Source: an uncultured Oscillospiraceae bacterium (GTDB lineage: Bacteria; Bacillota; Clostridia; Oscillospirales; Ruminococcaceae). Taken from it: a DNA stretch of 44,555 nt. How positions within the stretch are numbered: the stretch's first letter is position 1; the number at the start of each line of letters is the position of its first letter. The notes under the pieces are model-generated. The model worked only from the letters and a program-made list of their open reading frames with translations. It searched no databases and was not told the origin of the DNA. This document shows positions 24,428-33,610 of this stretch, one piece after another. The DNA is taken from assembly GCA_964369435.1 (NCBI GenBank), contig CAYJGP010000001.1:1-44555 (forward strand), written 5' to 3'. A program made the position numbers and the translations under genes.

Positions 24428-26830
24428 ATGGAACTTAATCTTGATAGAGCAACCCTTAAAAATCTTTTTGAGTATAAGCTGCAGGTAACATACGATAAAA
24501 GATTGACAGACGCAACGAACGAAGAAATCTACAATGTGATGGCGATTACTGTAAATGAGATACTAAACTCAAAAGCAATTCGCTACCGCAATAAAGTGCG
24601 CGACCATAAATCAAAGAGGATATATTATATTTGTCTTGAGTTTTTGGTTGGACGTAGCTTTAAAAACAATCTTTTAAATCTAGGTCTTTATGAAACTTGT
24701 GAGGCTGTTTTAGCCGAGAGCGGGATAAATCTCGAGAAGGTTTTGGACATAGAGCCTGATGCGGGACTTGGAAACGGTGGCCTTGGACGACTTGCCTCTT
24801 GTTTTCTCGATGGAATGGCAACGCAAGGGTACCCAGCTATTGGATATTCTATTCTCTATGAATACGGAATATTTAAGCAAAAACTTGTCGATGGATGGCA
24901 ACATGAACAACCAGACGACTGGCTTGAAAACGGAAGTGTTTGGTTAAATAAAGCAACTGAGGATACTGTTGAAGTGCGCTTTGGCGGTAGAATTGAGGAG
25001 CATTGGAGCGAGAAGCACAATGGCGTTACCCATCTTGATTACCAGAATGTTCACGCAGTGCCGTATGATATGATTATAAGCGGACATAAAACCGATAGCG
25101 TTGCTACCTTAAGGCTATTTAAGGCAAATAGCCCGTCGATTGATATGAATCTTTTCAACTCAGGCGACTATCTAGGTGCGGCGGCGCAAAGCTCTCTCTC
25201 GGAGGCGATTAGTAAGGTTTTATATCCGAATGATAACCACCGCGAGGGCAAAAGCCTAAGACTTCGTCAGCAGTATTTTCTATGTGCCGCATCTATTACC
25301 GATATTATAAAAAGGCATATTGCGGTTTATGGAAAGCTTGAGAATTTCAGCGATATGGTTGCAATTCATATAAACGATACACATCCAGCGCTTGCGATAG
25401 CTGAGCTTATGAGAATTTTAATAGATGAGTGCGGATACAGCTGGGATAATGCGTGGGATACGACTACAAAAACTTTTGCCTATACAAATCACACAGTTAT
25501 GAAAGAAGCTCTCGAGCAGTGGGATATAGGACTTATAAAAGAGCTTCTACCTCGTATTTTCACGATAATTTGTGAGATAAACCGCAGATTTGTTGAAGAG
25601 TGTAGAGATGATGAAGTACCAGAAAGCGCTATTCGCAATATGGAGATTGTCAGTGGAAACAAAATTAAGATGGGTAATCTATCGGTAATTGGTTCTCACT
25701 CGGTAAACGGTGTTTCAAAGCTTCACTCAGAGATTATTAAGCAGTCGGTGTTCCGTGATTTCTATAATCTAAGTCCGTATAAATTTACAAATGTTACAAA
25801 CGGAATTGCATATAGAAGATGGCTTTATCAGAGTAATCGTCCGCTATATGATTTGGCGTGCAAACTCTCAGGTGAAGATGTTAATAAAAATCCACTTGCA
25901 CTTAAAAAGATGGAAAAATTTGCCGACGATAAAAAGGTGCTTGAAGAGATAATCAAGATAAAAAGAGGGGCAAAAGAGCGGTTTGCAGATTTTATGCTTC
26001 GTGAAACGGGTGAAGTGCTAAATCCTGATTCAATTTTTGATGTCCAGGTAAAGAGGCTTCATGAGTATAAGAGACAGCATCTAAATGCTCTGCATATTTT
26101 AGCTCTCTACAATGCTATTAAGCAAAACCCAAATGGTAACTATACCCCAAGAACCTATATTTTCGGAGCAAAGTCGGCGCCAGGGTACTACCTTGCAAAG
26201 CAGATTATCAGATTTATCTGCTCTATTGCAAAGCTTGTAAATAACGATCCACAGACTAAAGATCTGCTAAAAGTTATCTACCTTGAAGACTATTCGGTAA
26301 CAAAGAGCGAGATTTTGATGCCTGCCGCTGATATTTCAGAACAAATTTCACTTGCAGGAACAGAAGCTTCAGGTACAGGTAATATGAAGTTTATGATAAA
26401 TGGTGCTATTACCTTAGGTACATTAGACGGCGCAAATGTCGAGATATACGATGCTGTTGGCGAGGATAATATGATCCTGTTTGGACTGCGCACTGAAGAG
26501 GTAAACGCCCTAAAACAGAGCTACAATCCAATCGATTACTACCGCCAAAATGAAGTTATAAGAAATGCACTCGACTACTGTGAAAACGGAAGTCTTGGAT
26601 ATAACTTCTCAGATATCGTCATAAACCTTAAAAACACAGATCCTTATATGGTTTTTGCAGATTTCGACAGCTATATTGCGGCACAGCGAAAAGTTGCAGA
26701 GATATATTCAGACAAGATGGGATTTGCAAAGAAGAGTCTTATAAACACAGCAAATGCAGGTATATTTGCAGCAGATAGAAGTGTTTCTGAGTATGCTATG
26801 AATATATGGGATGTTGCAGCGCTACATTAG
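24428..26830 (+). CDS. glgP: Glycogen/maltodextrin phosphorylase
   Basis: It has the PLP-site signature EASGTGNMKFMINGA and is 800 aa long. The RBS is GGAGGTGG. Confidence 0.95.
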   Translation: MELNLDRATLKNLFEYKLQVTYDKRLTDATNEEIYNVMAITVNEILNSKAIRYRNKVRDHKSKRIYYICLEFLVGRSFKNNLLNLGLYETCEAVLAESGINLEKVLDIEPDAGLGNGGLGRLASCFLDGMATQGYPAIGYSILYEYGIFKQKLVDGWQHEQPDDWLENGSVWLNKATEDTVEVRFGGRIEEHWSEKHNGVTHLDYQNVHAVPYDMIISGHKTDSVATLRLFKANSPSIDMNLFNSGDYLGAAAQSSLSEAISKVLYPNDNHREGKSLRLRQQYFLCAASITDIIKRHIAVYGKLENFSDMVAIHINDTHPALAIAELMRILIDECGYSWDNAWDTTTKTFAYTNHTVMKEALEQWDIGLIKELLPRIFTIICEINRRFVEECRDDEVPESAIRNMEIVSGNKIKMGNLSVIGSHSVNGVSKLHSEIIKQSVFRDFYNLSPYKFTNVTNGIAYRRWLYQSNRPLYDLACKLSGEDVNKNPLALKKMEKFADDKKVLEEIIKIKRGAKERFADFMLRETGEVLNPDSIFDVQVKRLHEYKRQHLNALHILALYNAIKQNPNGNYTPRTYIFGAKSAPGYYLAKQIIRFICSIAKLVNNDPQTKDLLKVIYLEDYSVTKSEILMPAADISEQISLAGTEASGTGNMKFMINGAITLGTLDGANVEIYDAVGEDNMILFGLRTEEVNALKQSYNPIDYYRQNEVIRNALDYCENGSLGYNFSDIVINLKNTDPYMVFADFDSYIAAQRKVAEIYSDKMGFAKKSLINTANAGIFAADRSVSEYAMNIWDVAALH

Positions 26831-26890
26831 TGGTAGAAAAGCAGCTTAAAAGTGAATGGTTTAGATTTTCATAAATATTAATAGTCAGAT

Positions 26891-26933
26891 AAGCACCTCT
26901 TTTGGGTTTGTAGCCCAGAAGAGGTGCTTTTAT
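26891..26933 (+). terminator. Intrinsic terminator of glgP
   Basis: AAGCACCTCTT pairs with AAGAGGTGCTT, and an inner TGGG/CCCA extends the stem. TTTTA follows. Confidence 0.8.
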
Positions 26934-27006
26934 GGGTTTTGGATGGGTTATCGGTTACAAAAAGGAAAGAAGGTAAAAAGTTTTTACCTAATGAAGAGAG
27001 GATGAG

Positions 27007-27114
27007 GAAGCTTTGCCGGCGCAGCGGATAAACCCACCGCGGTGGGTTTATTCGCGCTATATGCGACTTTGGCGAGTGTTAAGTCTCGCCAAAACGCTGC
27101 GCCGGCAAAGCTTC
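27007..27114. other. GC-rich cloverleaf inverted-repeat element B (MITE-like: 20-bp perfect terminal inverted repeats, flanking GATGAG direct repeat)
   Basis: GAAGCTTTGCCGGCGCAGCG (27007-27026) is the exact reverse complement of 27095-27114. Inside are hairpins at 27029-27050 (a 22-nt perfect palindrome), 27052-27066 and 27068-27093. GATGAG occurs at both 27001-27006 and 27115-27120. Confidence 0.65.
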
Positions 27115-27275
27115 GATGAGCTGTACTTATAGATGAATTTGTTAAAAGATACAAATCGGTTAAACGTTGCGTTTTAACTAAAATTACAACAGCTTATTTG
27201 TGCAGTTTAATTATCCTAAATAATTTCAAAATATGGTATTATTATAGTTAAAGATTTCAAGGAGGGATGTTTGGT

Positions 27276-28211
27276 ATGATAGAATATTTAGCTTGTGGAA
27301 ACGTTATGAGCGATGAAACAATAGAGCCTGGAAGAGAAAAAAGCGATAGACATATGGGAGGCCCTGCTTTTTTTGCGCTTGCTGGAATGAGGCTTTTCAC
27401 AAAGAATGTTAAGCTTGTTTCAAGAGTAGGCCGCGACTTTTACGATAAAGATAGCTATGGCGATTGGATGAAGAAAAACGGCATATCCGATGAGTCGGTA
27501 AGAGTTGAGCTTGAAAACTGCTCATGTTTTCTTCTAGATTATAACGCAGACGGAAGTGGCAGAAATGTTGTATCGGTATATGGGCAAGAACATCTCGGAT
27601 ATATAAAAACAAACCCTGAGGATATAGCGGCAGCTATGAGCAAAGATGTTAAGGGCATGTATATGGCTATGGGGGTAGACAAGGTATTCTGGGAAAAACT
27701 CGCCGCAATTAAAAAGCAATATGGCTTTAAGATAATGTGGGAGCTTGAACACTTCAACTGCAAAAACGATGTTAATCTAATTCGCGATGTCATAGGAGAT
27801 GCCGACGGTTTTTCGCTAAACTACAACGAGGCATCAAAGCTATTTGGAATAGATAGAGAAGACGACCTAGCGATAATAAAAGAGCTGCAAAAACTACCTG
27901 TAGGGTATACGCTTTATAGAGTTGGAAAACGAGGCGCATTCTCGGTAACACCTGATGCTGCTTGGTTCTGCCCATCAATTGATATATATCCGTATGTTGA
28001 TCAAACAGGATGCGGAAACAACTCAACAGGTGCTGCAGGTTATGCGCTAACTGAAGGTTGGAGTCCTGAGATGATAGTTGCAGCGGCAAACGTTTCTGCT
28101 GGATACAACTGTGCTCAATTCGGACCGTTCCCGCACTTTAGCGATGATATAATGAAAGATGGTATCGAGATAATTAAAAAGCAAGCGGAAAAATGCGTTA
28201 AAGTTATATAA
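27276..28211 (+). CDS. PfkB/ribokinase-fold protein, divergent paralog 1 (311 aa)
   Basis: The C-terminal DQTGCGNNSTGAAGYAL corresponds to the PfkB DxTGAGD motif. ATG at 27276 lies 9 nt after GGAGGG and makes the protein colinear with paralog 2. Confidence 0.7.
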   Translation: MIEYLACGNVMSDETIEPGREKSDRHMGGPAFFALAGMRLFTKNVKLVSRVGRDFYDKDSYGDWMKKNGISDESVRVELENCSCFLLDYNADGSGRNVVSVYGQEHLGYIKTNPEDIAAAMSKDVKGMYMAMGVDKVFWEKLAAIKKQYGFKIMWELEHFNCKNDVNLIRDVIGDADGFSLNYNEASKLFGIDREDDLAIIKELQKLPVGYTLYRVGKRGAFSVTPDAAWFCPSIDIYPYVDQTGCGNNSTGAAGYALTEGWSPEMIVAAANVSAGYNCAQFGPFPHFSDDIMKDGIEIIKKQAEKCVKVI

Positions 28212-28214
28212 ATT

Positions 28215-29150
28215 ATGAGTGAATATCTTGCTTGCGGACATATAGTCATTGATGAGATTATCTCTTCGAATGGTGAAAAAAGTCAGTATAATATTGGTGG
28301 CCCTGCATTTTTCGGGCTTGCGGGAATTCGTCTGTTCACGAAATCTGTAAAACTCGTATCAAGAGTTGGACGTGATTTTTACGATAGCGGTGGACATGCT
28401 GATTGGCTTGTGAAGAACGAGCTTTCCGATGAGTCTGTTTTAGTGCGAAGTGAGCATTGCAACCGATTTACATTAACCTATGAAGAGGATGGTTACCGTG
28501 AGATATCAAAATCAGTCTATGGAGATGCAAATCAGGGATATCTTCGGACAAAGCCAGAAGATATAAGCGCAGCGGCTTTCAACAAAACAAAAGGCGTATA
28601 TCTAACTGCCGGTGTTGATAAAATTGTTTGGCAGAAACTCTATGATATAAAGCAAAAATTTGGTTTCAAAATAGGTTATGAACTCGAGCACTGGAACTGT
28701 AAAAACGATATCGGTAGAATTTGTGATATTATCCCTCTATCCGATCTGTTCTCGGTAAACAAACACGAAGCATCACTGCTTTTTGATATACCTGCAAATG
28801 ATGATAAGCGAATAATTGAGAGACTTATCCGTCTGCCCTCAAAATGTATTTTGTACAGGGTAGGAAGCAGAGGTAGTTATATTTTGAGCGATGGACGGGT
28901 TTATTTCTCGCCATCTGTAAATGTTTTACCGTTTGTAGATGAAACGGGATGCGGCAATACGGCGGTAGCGGCAGCTACCTATGCGCTGTGTGAGGGTGAG
29001 CATTCACGCTCTATTGTTACAACTGCAAACATTGCGGCATCTATCTGCGCAGCAGCGGAGGGGCCATACCCTTATATCTCCGATGAGATAATGAGGTTTG
29101 CAAAAGAAGAAGTTAATAACCACATTTCAAAATGTGTGGAAATAAAATAA
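28215..29150 (+). CDS. PfkB/ribokinase-fold protein, divergent paralog 2 (311 aa)
   Basis: It aligns without gaps to the upstream gene, with roughly half of positions identical by eye. Shared blocks are EYLACG, GGPAFF.LAG.RLFTK.VKLVSRVGRDFYD and DETGCGN. Confidence 0.7.
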   Translation: MSEYLACGHIVIDEIISSNGEKSQYNIGGPAFFGLAGIRLFTKSVKLVSRVGRDFYDSGGHADWLVKNELSDESVLVRSEHCNRFTLTYEEDGYREISKSVYGDANQGYLRTKPEDISAAAFNKTKGVYLTAGVDKIVWQKLYDIKQKFGFKIGYELEHWNCKNDIGRICDIIPLSDLFSVNKHEASLLFDIPANDDKRIIERLIRLPSKCILYRVGSRGSYILSDGRVYFSPSVNVLPFVDETGCGNTAVAAATYALCEGEHSRSIVTTANIAASICAAAEGPYPYISDEIMRFAKEEVNNHISKCVEIK

Positions 29151-29164
29151 GAAAGAGGTAGTTT

Positions 29165-30328
29165 ATGAGCAGAGATATGAATATGAAAGCGGGTTTTTCA
29201 GAGTTTCCAAATGTTGTATCTGATATTCTTGCATATATGAGTGATGAGCATATCAAGGAGGTAATTACACCGGAAATTATAAAGAATACAAAAAGAGTTA
29301 TTATAACAGGCTGTGGAGATTCTTATGCGGCAACACTTGCGACAAAAGCTTTTTGCAGCAGAATGTTTAAGGGGAAAGATTACCACCCACTTCGTACAAT
29401 AGATGTAAGCCGTGACTACTACTTCGATGATGATGAAGATTTAAAACAAACTCTTGTTATAGTCATCAGCGTTTCAGGAAGCGGTGCGCGTGTAACAGAA
29501 GCTATGCAGAGAGCGACTAAAAAAGGTTGTACAACAGTTGCACTAACTGCAAACCCAGAGGCACGTATGTCAGTAGCTGCAAACCACATCCTCGCTGTTG
29601 CAAAACCATCAATTTCGATAAAAGCTATTTCAGCTCAGGCTATAAGCTATGTCAATTCTGTTTTAACAACTATTTTGCTCGGTCTTTATGCAGGACAGGT
29701 ACTTGGCGTTATAACAAAAGAAGAGGCAGATAAGCAAAGAGCGGAAATTCAAGCACATGTTAATAAAGTTTGCAATGAAGAGAGTTTAACATCACTAGAT
29801 GAGCAAACTTTCACACTTGCTGATAAATATAAAGACAAAAAAGGCTACGATTTTGTTGGAGCTGGCTCAGACTTTGCAACTGCATACTTTGGTGCTGCTA
29901 AATTCTTTGAGTACTACGGTTCGCTCTGCTGTTTAAACGATTCAGAGGACTGGTGTCATATAAACTTCTTTATGAGAGAGCGTCCACTTATCGGAAACAT
30001 TGCGGTTGCATTTACAAACAACAATGCATTCTCACGTTCAGTTGAGACGATAAACTCGATGATACTATCAGATAGAAATGCATTTGTAGTAACTGATGCT
30101 GATAAAGATGCATTTATCGATGGAGTTGATGTTGTCAAACTACCAAAGACAAACTATGAGTATCTAAACCCGCTTATGAACTTTATTCCAATAGCTATGC
30201 TTGCAAACTATATTGCAATAAAGAATGACTATGAGCATTTTGGCGGAATGTCTGCTTCAAATCCGCTATTTAGCCAAGATGGCAAAATAAACACTATAAA
30301 ATCAAGCGAAATTGTTTTCGTTGATTAA
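29165..30328 (+). CDS. Double SIS-domain sugar-phosphate isomerase/deaminase-like protein (AgaS/FrlB/GlmS-C-like)
   Basis: VIITGCGDSYAA and VISVSGSGARVTEAMQRATKKG are SIS-type phosphosugar-binding motifs. At 387 aa it is AgaS-sized. Confidence 0.75.
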   Translation: MSRDMNMKAGFSEFPNVVSDILAYMSDEHIKEVITPEIIKNTKRVIITGCGDSYAATLATKAFCSRMFKGKDYHPLRTIDVSRDYYFDDDEDLKQTLVIVISVSGSGARVTEAMQRATKKGCTTVALTANPEARMSVAANHILAVAKPSISIKAISAQAISYVNSVLTTILLGLYAGQVLGVITKEEADKQRAEIQAHVNKVCNEESLTSLDEQTFTLADKYKDKKGYDFVGAGSDFATAYFGAAKFFEYYGSLCCLNDSEDWCHINFFMRERPLIGNIAVAFTNNNAFSRSVETINSMILSDRNAFVVTDADKDAFIDGVDVVKLPKTNYEYLNPLMNFIPIAMLANYIAIKNDYEHFGGMSASNPLFSQDGKINTIKSSEIVFVD

Positions 30329-30345
30329 TAAAGGGAGGAAAAAAT

Positions 30346-31152
30346 ATGTTTAAAAATTTAGGGAACAAAAAACTAGTTCTTGGTCTTGTACACCTACTAC
30401 CAATGCCAAGTACCCCACTTTACGAAGAGGGAAATGTTGAGAAGATGCTCGACAAAGCGCTAAAAGACGTAACTGCTCTTAAAAATGGTGGTGCTGACGG
30501 TTGTCTACTACAGGCAGTTGATGGCATTTATGATGACAAAGATGATACAGATTATGCAAGAGTTGCAACTCTTTCGATGATCGGTGCACGTGTTCGTGAT
30601 CTTATGGGTCCAGACTTTAAAATTGGCGTTCAGCTAATGTGGAACTGTATAACTCCATCGCTTGCTGTTGCTAAAGCTTGTGGAGCTGATTTTACAAGGT
30701 GTAGCGTTCTAGTTGGCGAGAGCCAGGGAATGATTGGAACTGTTAAAGCTGAAACTGCTAAAGTTATGCATTATAGAAACCTTATAGGCGCTAAAGGCGT
30801 TTCAATGATAAGTGAAATCGCAGGATACCACTTTAAAGGTACTGGTGATCTCGGTCAGATTAAAGATCTTACAATGCGTTCAATGAGAGCTGGCGCTAAC
30901 GCTATTGAGATATACAACAAAGACGAAGAGCTCAATGAAACACTTGTTAAAACAGTTAAAGAGCTTGGCGATGTTCCTGTAATCCTCGGTGGTGGAACAG
31001 ATGTTGAGAACTGCAAAAGAAGACTTAAAACTGCAAATGCTGCACTTGTTGGAACCTGCTTTGAGGGCGGCAACTGGGGCGGACCTGTTATCGAGAGCAT
31101 CGTTGCTGAGTACTGCAAAAATGTTCGCGAGCTAGAGCGTGAGCTCGGCTAA
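30346..31152 (+). CDS. BtpA/SgcQ-family TIM-barrel protein
   Basis: The N-terminal LGLVHLLPMPSTP motif is typical of the BtpA family, and a C-terminal GGG...VGTCFE follows. The RBS is GGGAGG. Confidence 0.7.
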   Translation: MFKNLGNKKLVLGLVHLLPMPSTPLYEEGNVEKMLDKALKDVTALKNGGADGCLLQAVDGIYDDKDDTDYARVATLSMIGARVRDLMGPDFKIGVQLMWNCITPSLAVAKACGADFTRCSVLVGESQGMIGTVKAETAKVMHYRNLIGAKGVSMISEIAGYHFKGTGDLGQIKDLTMRSMRAGANAIEIYNKDEELNETLVKTVKELGDVPVILGGGTDVENCKRRLKTANAALVGTCFEGGNWGGPVIESIVAEYCKNVRELERELG

Positions 31153-31248
31153 GAATAGCGACTGTTTTAGGTGAAAACCAAAAACAAGATAGATAAATTT
31201 ATCAAAAAGTTGTCTTATAACGACTACTGATAAATAAATATTTCAATA

Positions 31249-31287
31249 AACAGATATGAGTTATTTAATTCATATCTGTTTTCTTAT
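31249..31287 (+). terminator. Intrinsic terminator of the PfkB/SIS/BtpA operon
   Basis: AAACAGATATGA pairs with TCATATCTGTTT, followed by TC-TTAT. Confidence 0.7.
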
Positions 31288-31353
31288 ATAAATAAATCAA
31301 ATATTAAATCTTTAATATTCTCTTAATGTTTACAGTGAAAAATGTTAGCACTC

Positions 31354-31382
31354 TTGAAAATTCATGTAAACAGTGTTATGAT
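31354..31382 (+). promoter_or_regulatory. Sigma-70-type promoter of the ABC operon
   Basis: TTGAAA-N17-TATGAT. A copy of ATGTAAACAGTG lies in the spacer. Confidence 0.5.
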
Positions 31383-31470
31383 AATTTAGTGATAAAATTC
31401 GGAAAATTTAGTAAATAAGAGTGAAACATAATTTAGCTTTTTACACACTAGATATAAAAGGGGTGAATAG

Positions 31471-32175
31471 ATGGAGGAGAAAAATGTTATCGAAGTTCAA
31501 GGCCTTAAAAAGATATACAGGATAGGCAATGAGAAGGTTCGAGCGCTCGATGGTGTTGATTTAACTGTCAAAAAGGGCGAAATATGCTGTCTTCTCGGCG
31601 TTTCAGGTTCCGGTAAAAGTACGCTTCTCAACATGCTTGCAGGGCTTGAGAAACCGAGTAAAGGCGAGATAAAAATACTTGGCAAGAATATACGGAAATT
31701 CTCAGAAGCAATGTTATCGAAGTTTAGAATGGAGCATTTTGGGTTTGTTTTTCAATCATATAACCTACTAGCGCCGCTAACTGCGATAGAGAATGTAACG
31801 CTTCCGCTTATCTTTAAAGGAATACCGAATAAAGCACGGCAGAAGAAGGCAAACAGTATTTTAAAAGCGGTCGGACTCGGAGATAGAATGAAACATAAGC
31901 CGACACAGATGAGTGGTGGACAGCAACAGAGGGTTGGAATTGCCCGTGCATTTATCGACTATCCAGATATAGTTTTTGCAGATGAGCCGACAGGTAACCT
32001 CGATACAAAAACTACAAACGAGGTTATGGATATGATGGTTCGAATGACTAAAGAGCGAAACAATACGCTGATTATAGTTACACATAATAATGAAATAGCC
32101 GAGTATGCAGACCATGTTATACATCTGCGTGACGGAGTAGTGATAAATGAATATTATAAAGAAGAGGTGCAGTGA
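31471..32175 (+). CDS. ABC transporter ATP-binding protein (MacB/LolD/FtsE-type)
   Basis: It has Walker A GVSGSGKST, the signature MSGGQQQRV and Walker B IVFADEPT. Confidence 0.93.
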   Translation: MEEKNVIEVQGLKKIYRIGNEKVRALDGVDLTVKKGEICCLLGVSGSGKSTLLNMLAGLEKPSKGEIKILGKNIRKFSEAMLSKFRMEHFGFVFQSYNLLAPLTAIENVTLPLIFKGIPNKARQKKANSILKAVGLGDRMKHKPTQMSGGQQQRVGIARAFIDYPDIVFADEPTGNLDTKTTNEVMDMMVRMTKERNNTLIIVTHNNEIAEYADHVIHLRDGVVINEYYKEEVQ

Positions 32176-32176
32176 T

Positions 32177-33610
32177 ATGAAAAAAGGAAGAATTTTTGCT
32201 TTGGTTTTGGCGGTTATTATGCTGCTTTCGTTTTTGGTGCCAATGTTTAGCGCTTTTGCAACATCAGATCCGACAGTGCCATCAGGCGGCAGTGGGATAC
32301 CAGATATTATCATAGAAAGACATGAGATTTTTGAGGGCGGATCAACTATTTTCGCAAGCGAGATAAAAGAGGATCAGCCATATTATATTGTTACATACAT
32401 AAAAAACATGACAAATACAGATATAACCGATGCTGTTGTAATTCTAAATAGTTGTGACTTTTTTATGGAAGATAACAACCCAAACAACAAAGTTATCGGA
32501 ACAATACCTGCAAATAGCACTGTAACAACTGGTTTTTATGTTGGATATAAAGGGTCTGGTTCAAACTACTCGATAACTGTTGATGGAAAACAGACAACAC
32601 AAGTTGAAGATGCAGATAATCCAGGCACAATGATAGATGTTGTTTCACAGGTGACAGAGTCTATGTCTATATATGTTGAAAATACAGTTACAGGTGCAGT
32701 TGATGAGCCTGTAAGCGCATCTGTTCCAAAGGTTATAATCTCGCAGTATTCAACTGGTGAAGATTCAATTCAAGCTGGTAAAGATTTCAATTTCAGCTTC
32801 ACGCTAAAAAATACAAGTAAAGATGTAACTGTTTCAAATATGGTTGTGACAGTATCTTCGCTTGATGGAGTTATAGTGCCTGCAGAAGGTTCAAACAGTT
32901 TTTACATCGAGAGCATCACACCAGGTGCTTCACGCGCATTAAATCTTCCGCTATCAGTTAAACCAGATGCAGAGACAAAAAGCTATGAGTTAACACTAAC
33001 AATAAGCTATGAAGATCAGAGCGCTTCTCCTCATTCATCAACTGAGAAACTCAGCATAAAAGTTATCCAGCCACAAAAGCTTGAGGTACAAAACATCTAT
33101 GGCACAGACTATGGTGATGTTGGAATGCAGACTTCTATCGGAATGCAGTTTGTAAACACAGGTAAAGCACCACTTCTAAACCTAACACTTGAGATTAAAG
33201 GTGACTTTACAGTACCAGATGGTGTTTACTATATAGGTAATTTCCAGAGTGGTTCGTTTAACTCAGCAGATATGGCGGTTATTCCTAATTCAAGCGGACT
33301 GCTTGAGGGAGAAATTCTCTTTACATTTGAAAATGATGCAGGTGAAGTTAGCGAAGTTTCACATCCATTCACGATGGACGTTATGGAAGGTTACACAGGC
33401 GGAGATGACATGGGCGGCCCTGACATAGGTATAGGTCCTGATGGTGAAATATGGGGTCCTGATGGAGTTTATCCTCCTGTTGAAGAAGGCGGCGGAATAC
33501 CAATCTATTTTATAATCGGTGGAGCTGTTGTCATCCTTATAATTGGATTTATCATATTTAAGAAAATCAAAGCGAAAAAAGAGATGGAGCTTTTAGATGA
33601 AGAAGATTGA
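32177..33610 (+). CDS. Exported, C-terminally membrane-anchored repeat protein (CARDB/COG1361-like beta-sandwich domains)
   Basis: It has the signal peptide MKKGRIFALVLAVIMLLSFLVPMFSAFA, T/S/V-rich repeats, a G/P/D-rich linker and a terminal TM segment followed by KKIKAKKE. ATG at 32177 lies 1 nt after the ATPase stop. Confidence 0.6.
   Translation: MKKGRIFALVLAVIMLLSFLVPMFSAFATSDPTVPSGGSGIPDIIIERHEIFEGGSTIFASEIKEDQPYYIVTYIKNMTNTDITDAVVILNSCDFFMEDNNPNNKVIGTIPANSTVTTGFYVGYKGSGSNYSITVDGKQTTQVEDADNPGTMIDVVSQVTESMSIYVENTVTGAVDEPVSASVPKVIISQYSTGEDSIQAGKDFNFSFTLKNTSKDVTVSNMVVTVSSLDGVIVPAEGSNSFYIESITPGASRALNLPLSVKPDAETKSYELTLTISYEDQSASPHSSTEKLSIKVIQPQKLEVQNIYGTDYGDVGMQTSIGMQFVNTGKAPLLNLTLEIKGDFTVPDGVYYIGNFQSGSFNSADMAVIPNSSGLLEGEILFTFENDAGEVSEVSHPFTMDVMEGYTGGDDMGGPDIGIGPDGEIWGPDGVYPPVEEGGGIPIYFIIGGAVVILIIGFIIFKKIKAKKEMELLDEED

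Noticed and set aside
26931-26975. A 14-codon ORF (MGFGWVIGYKKERR) starting at the tail of the glgP terminator
   Set aside because: The apparent GAGGTG ribosome binding site is the 3' arm of the terminator stem. There is no independent support, so it is likely a chance ORF.
27155-27180. A GTTAAACG-TTGC-GTTTTAAC near-palindrome upstream of the PfkB operon as a CcpA cre site
   Set aside because: Aligned on the central CG, it mismatches the cre consensus (TGWAANCGNTNWCA) at most outer positions. It may be an operator for another regulator, but I cannot support that.
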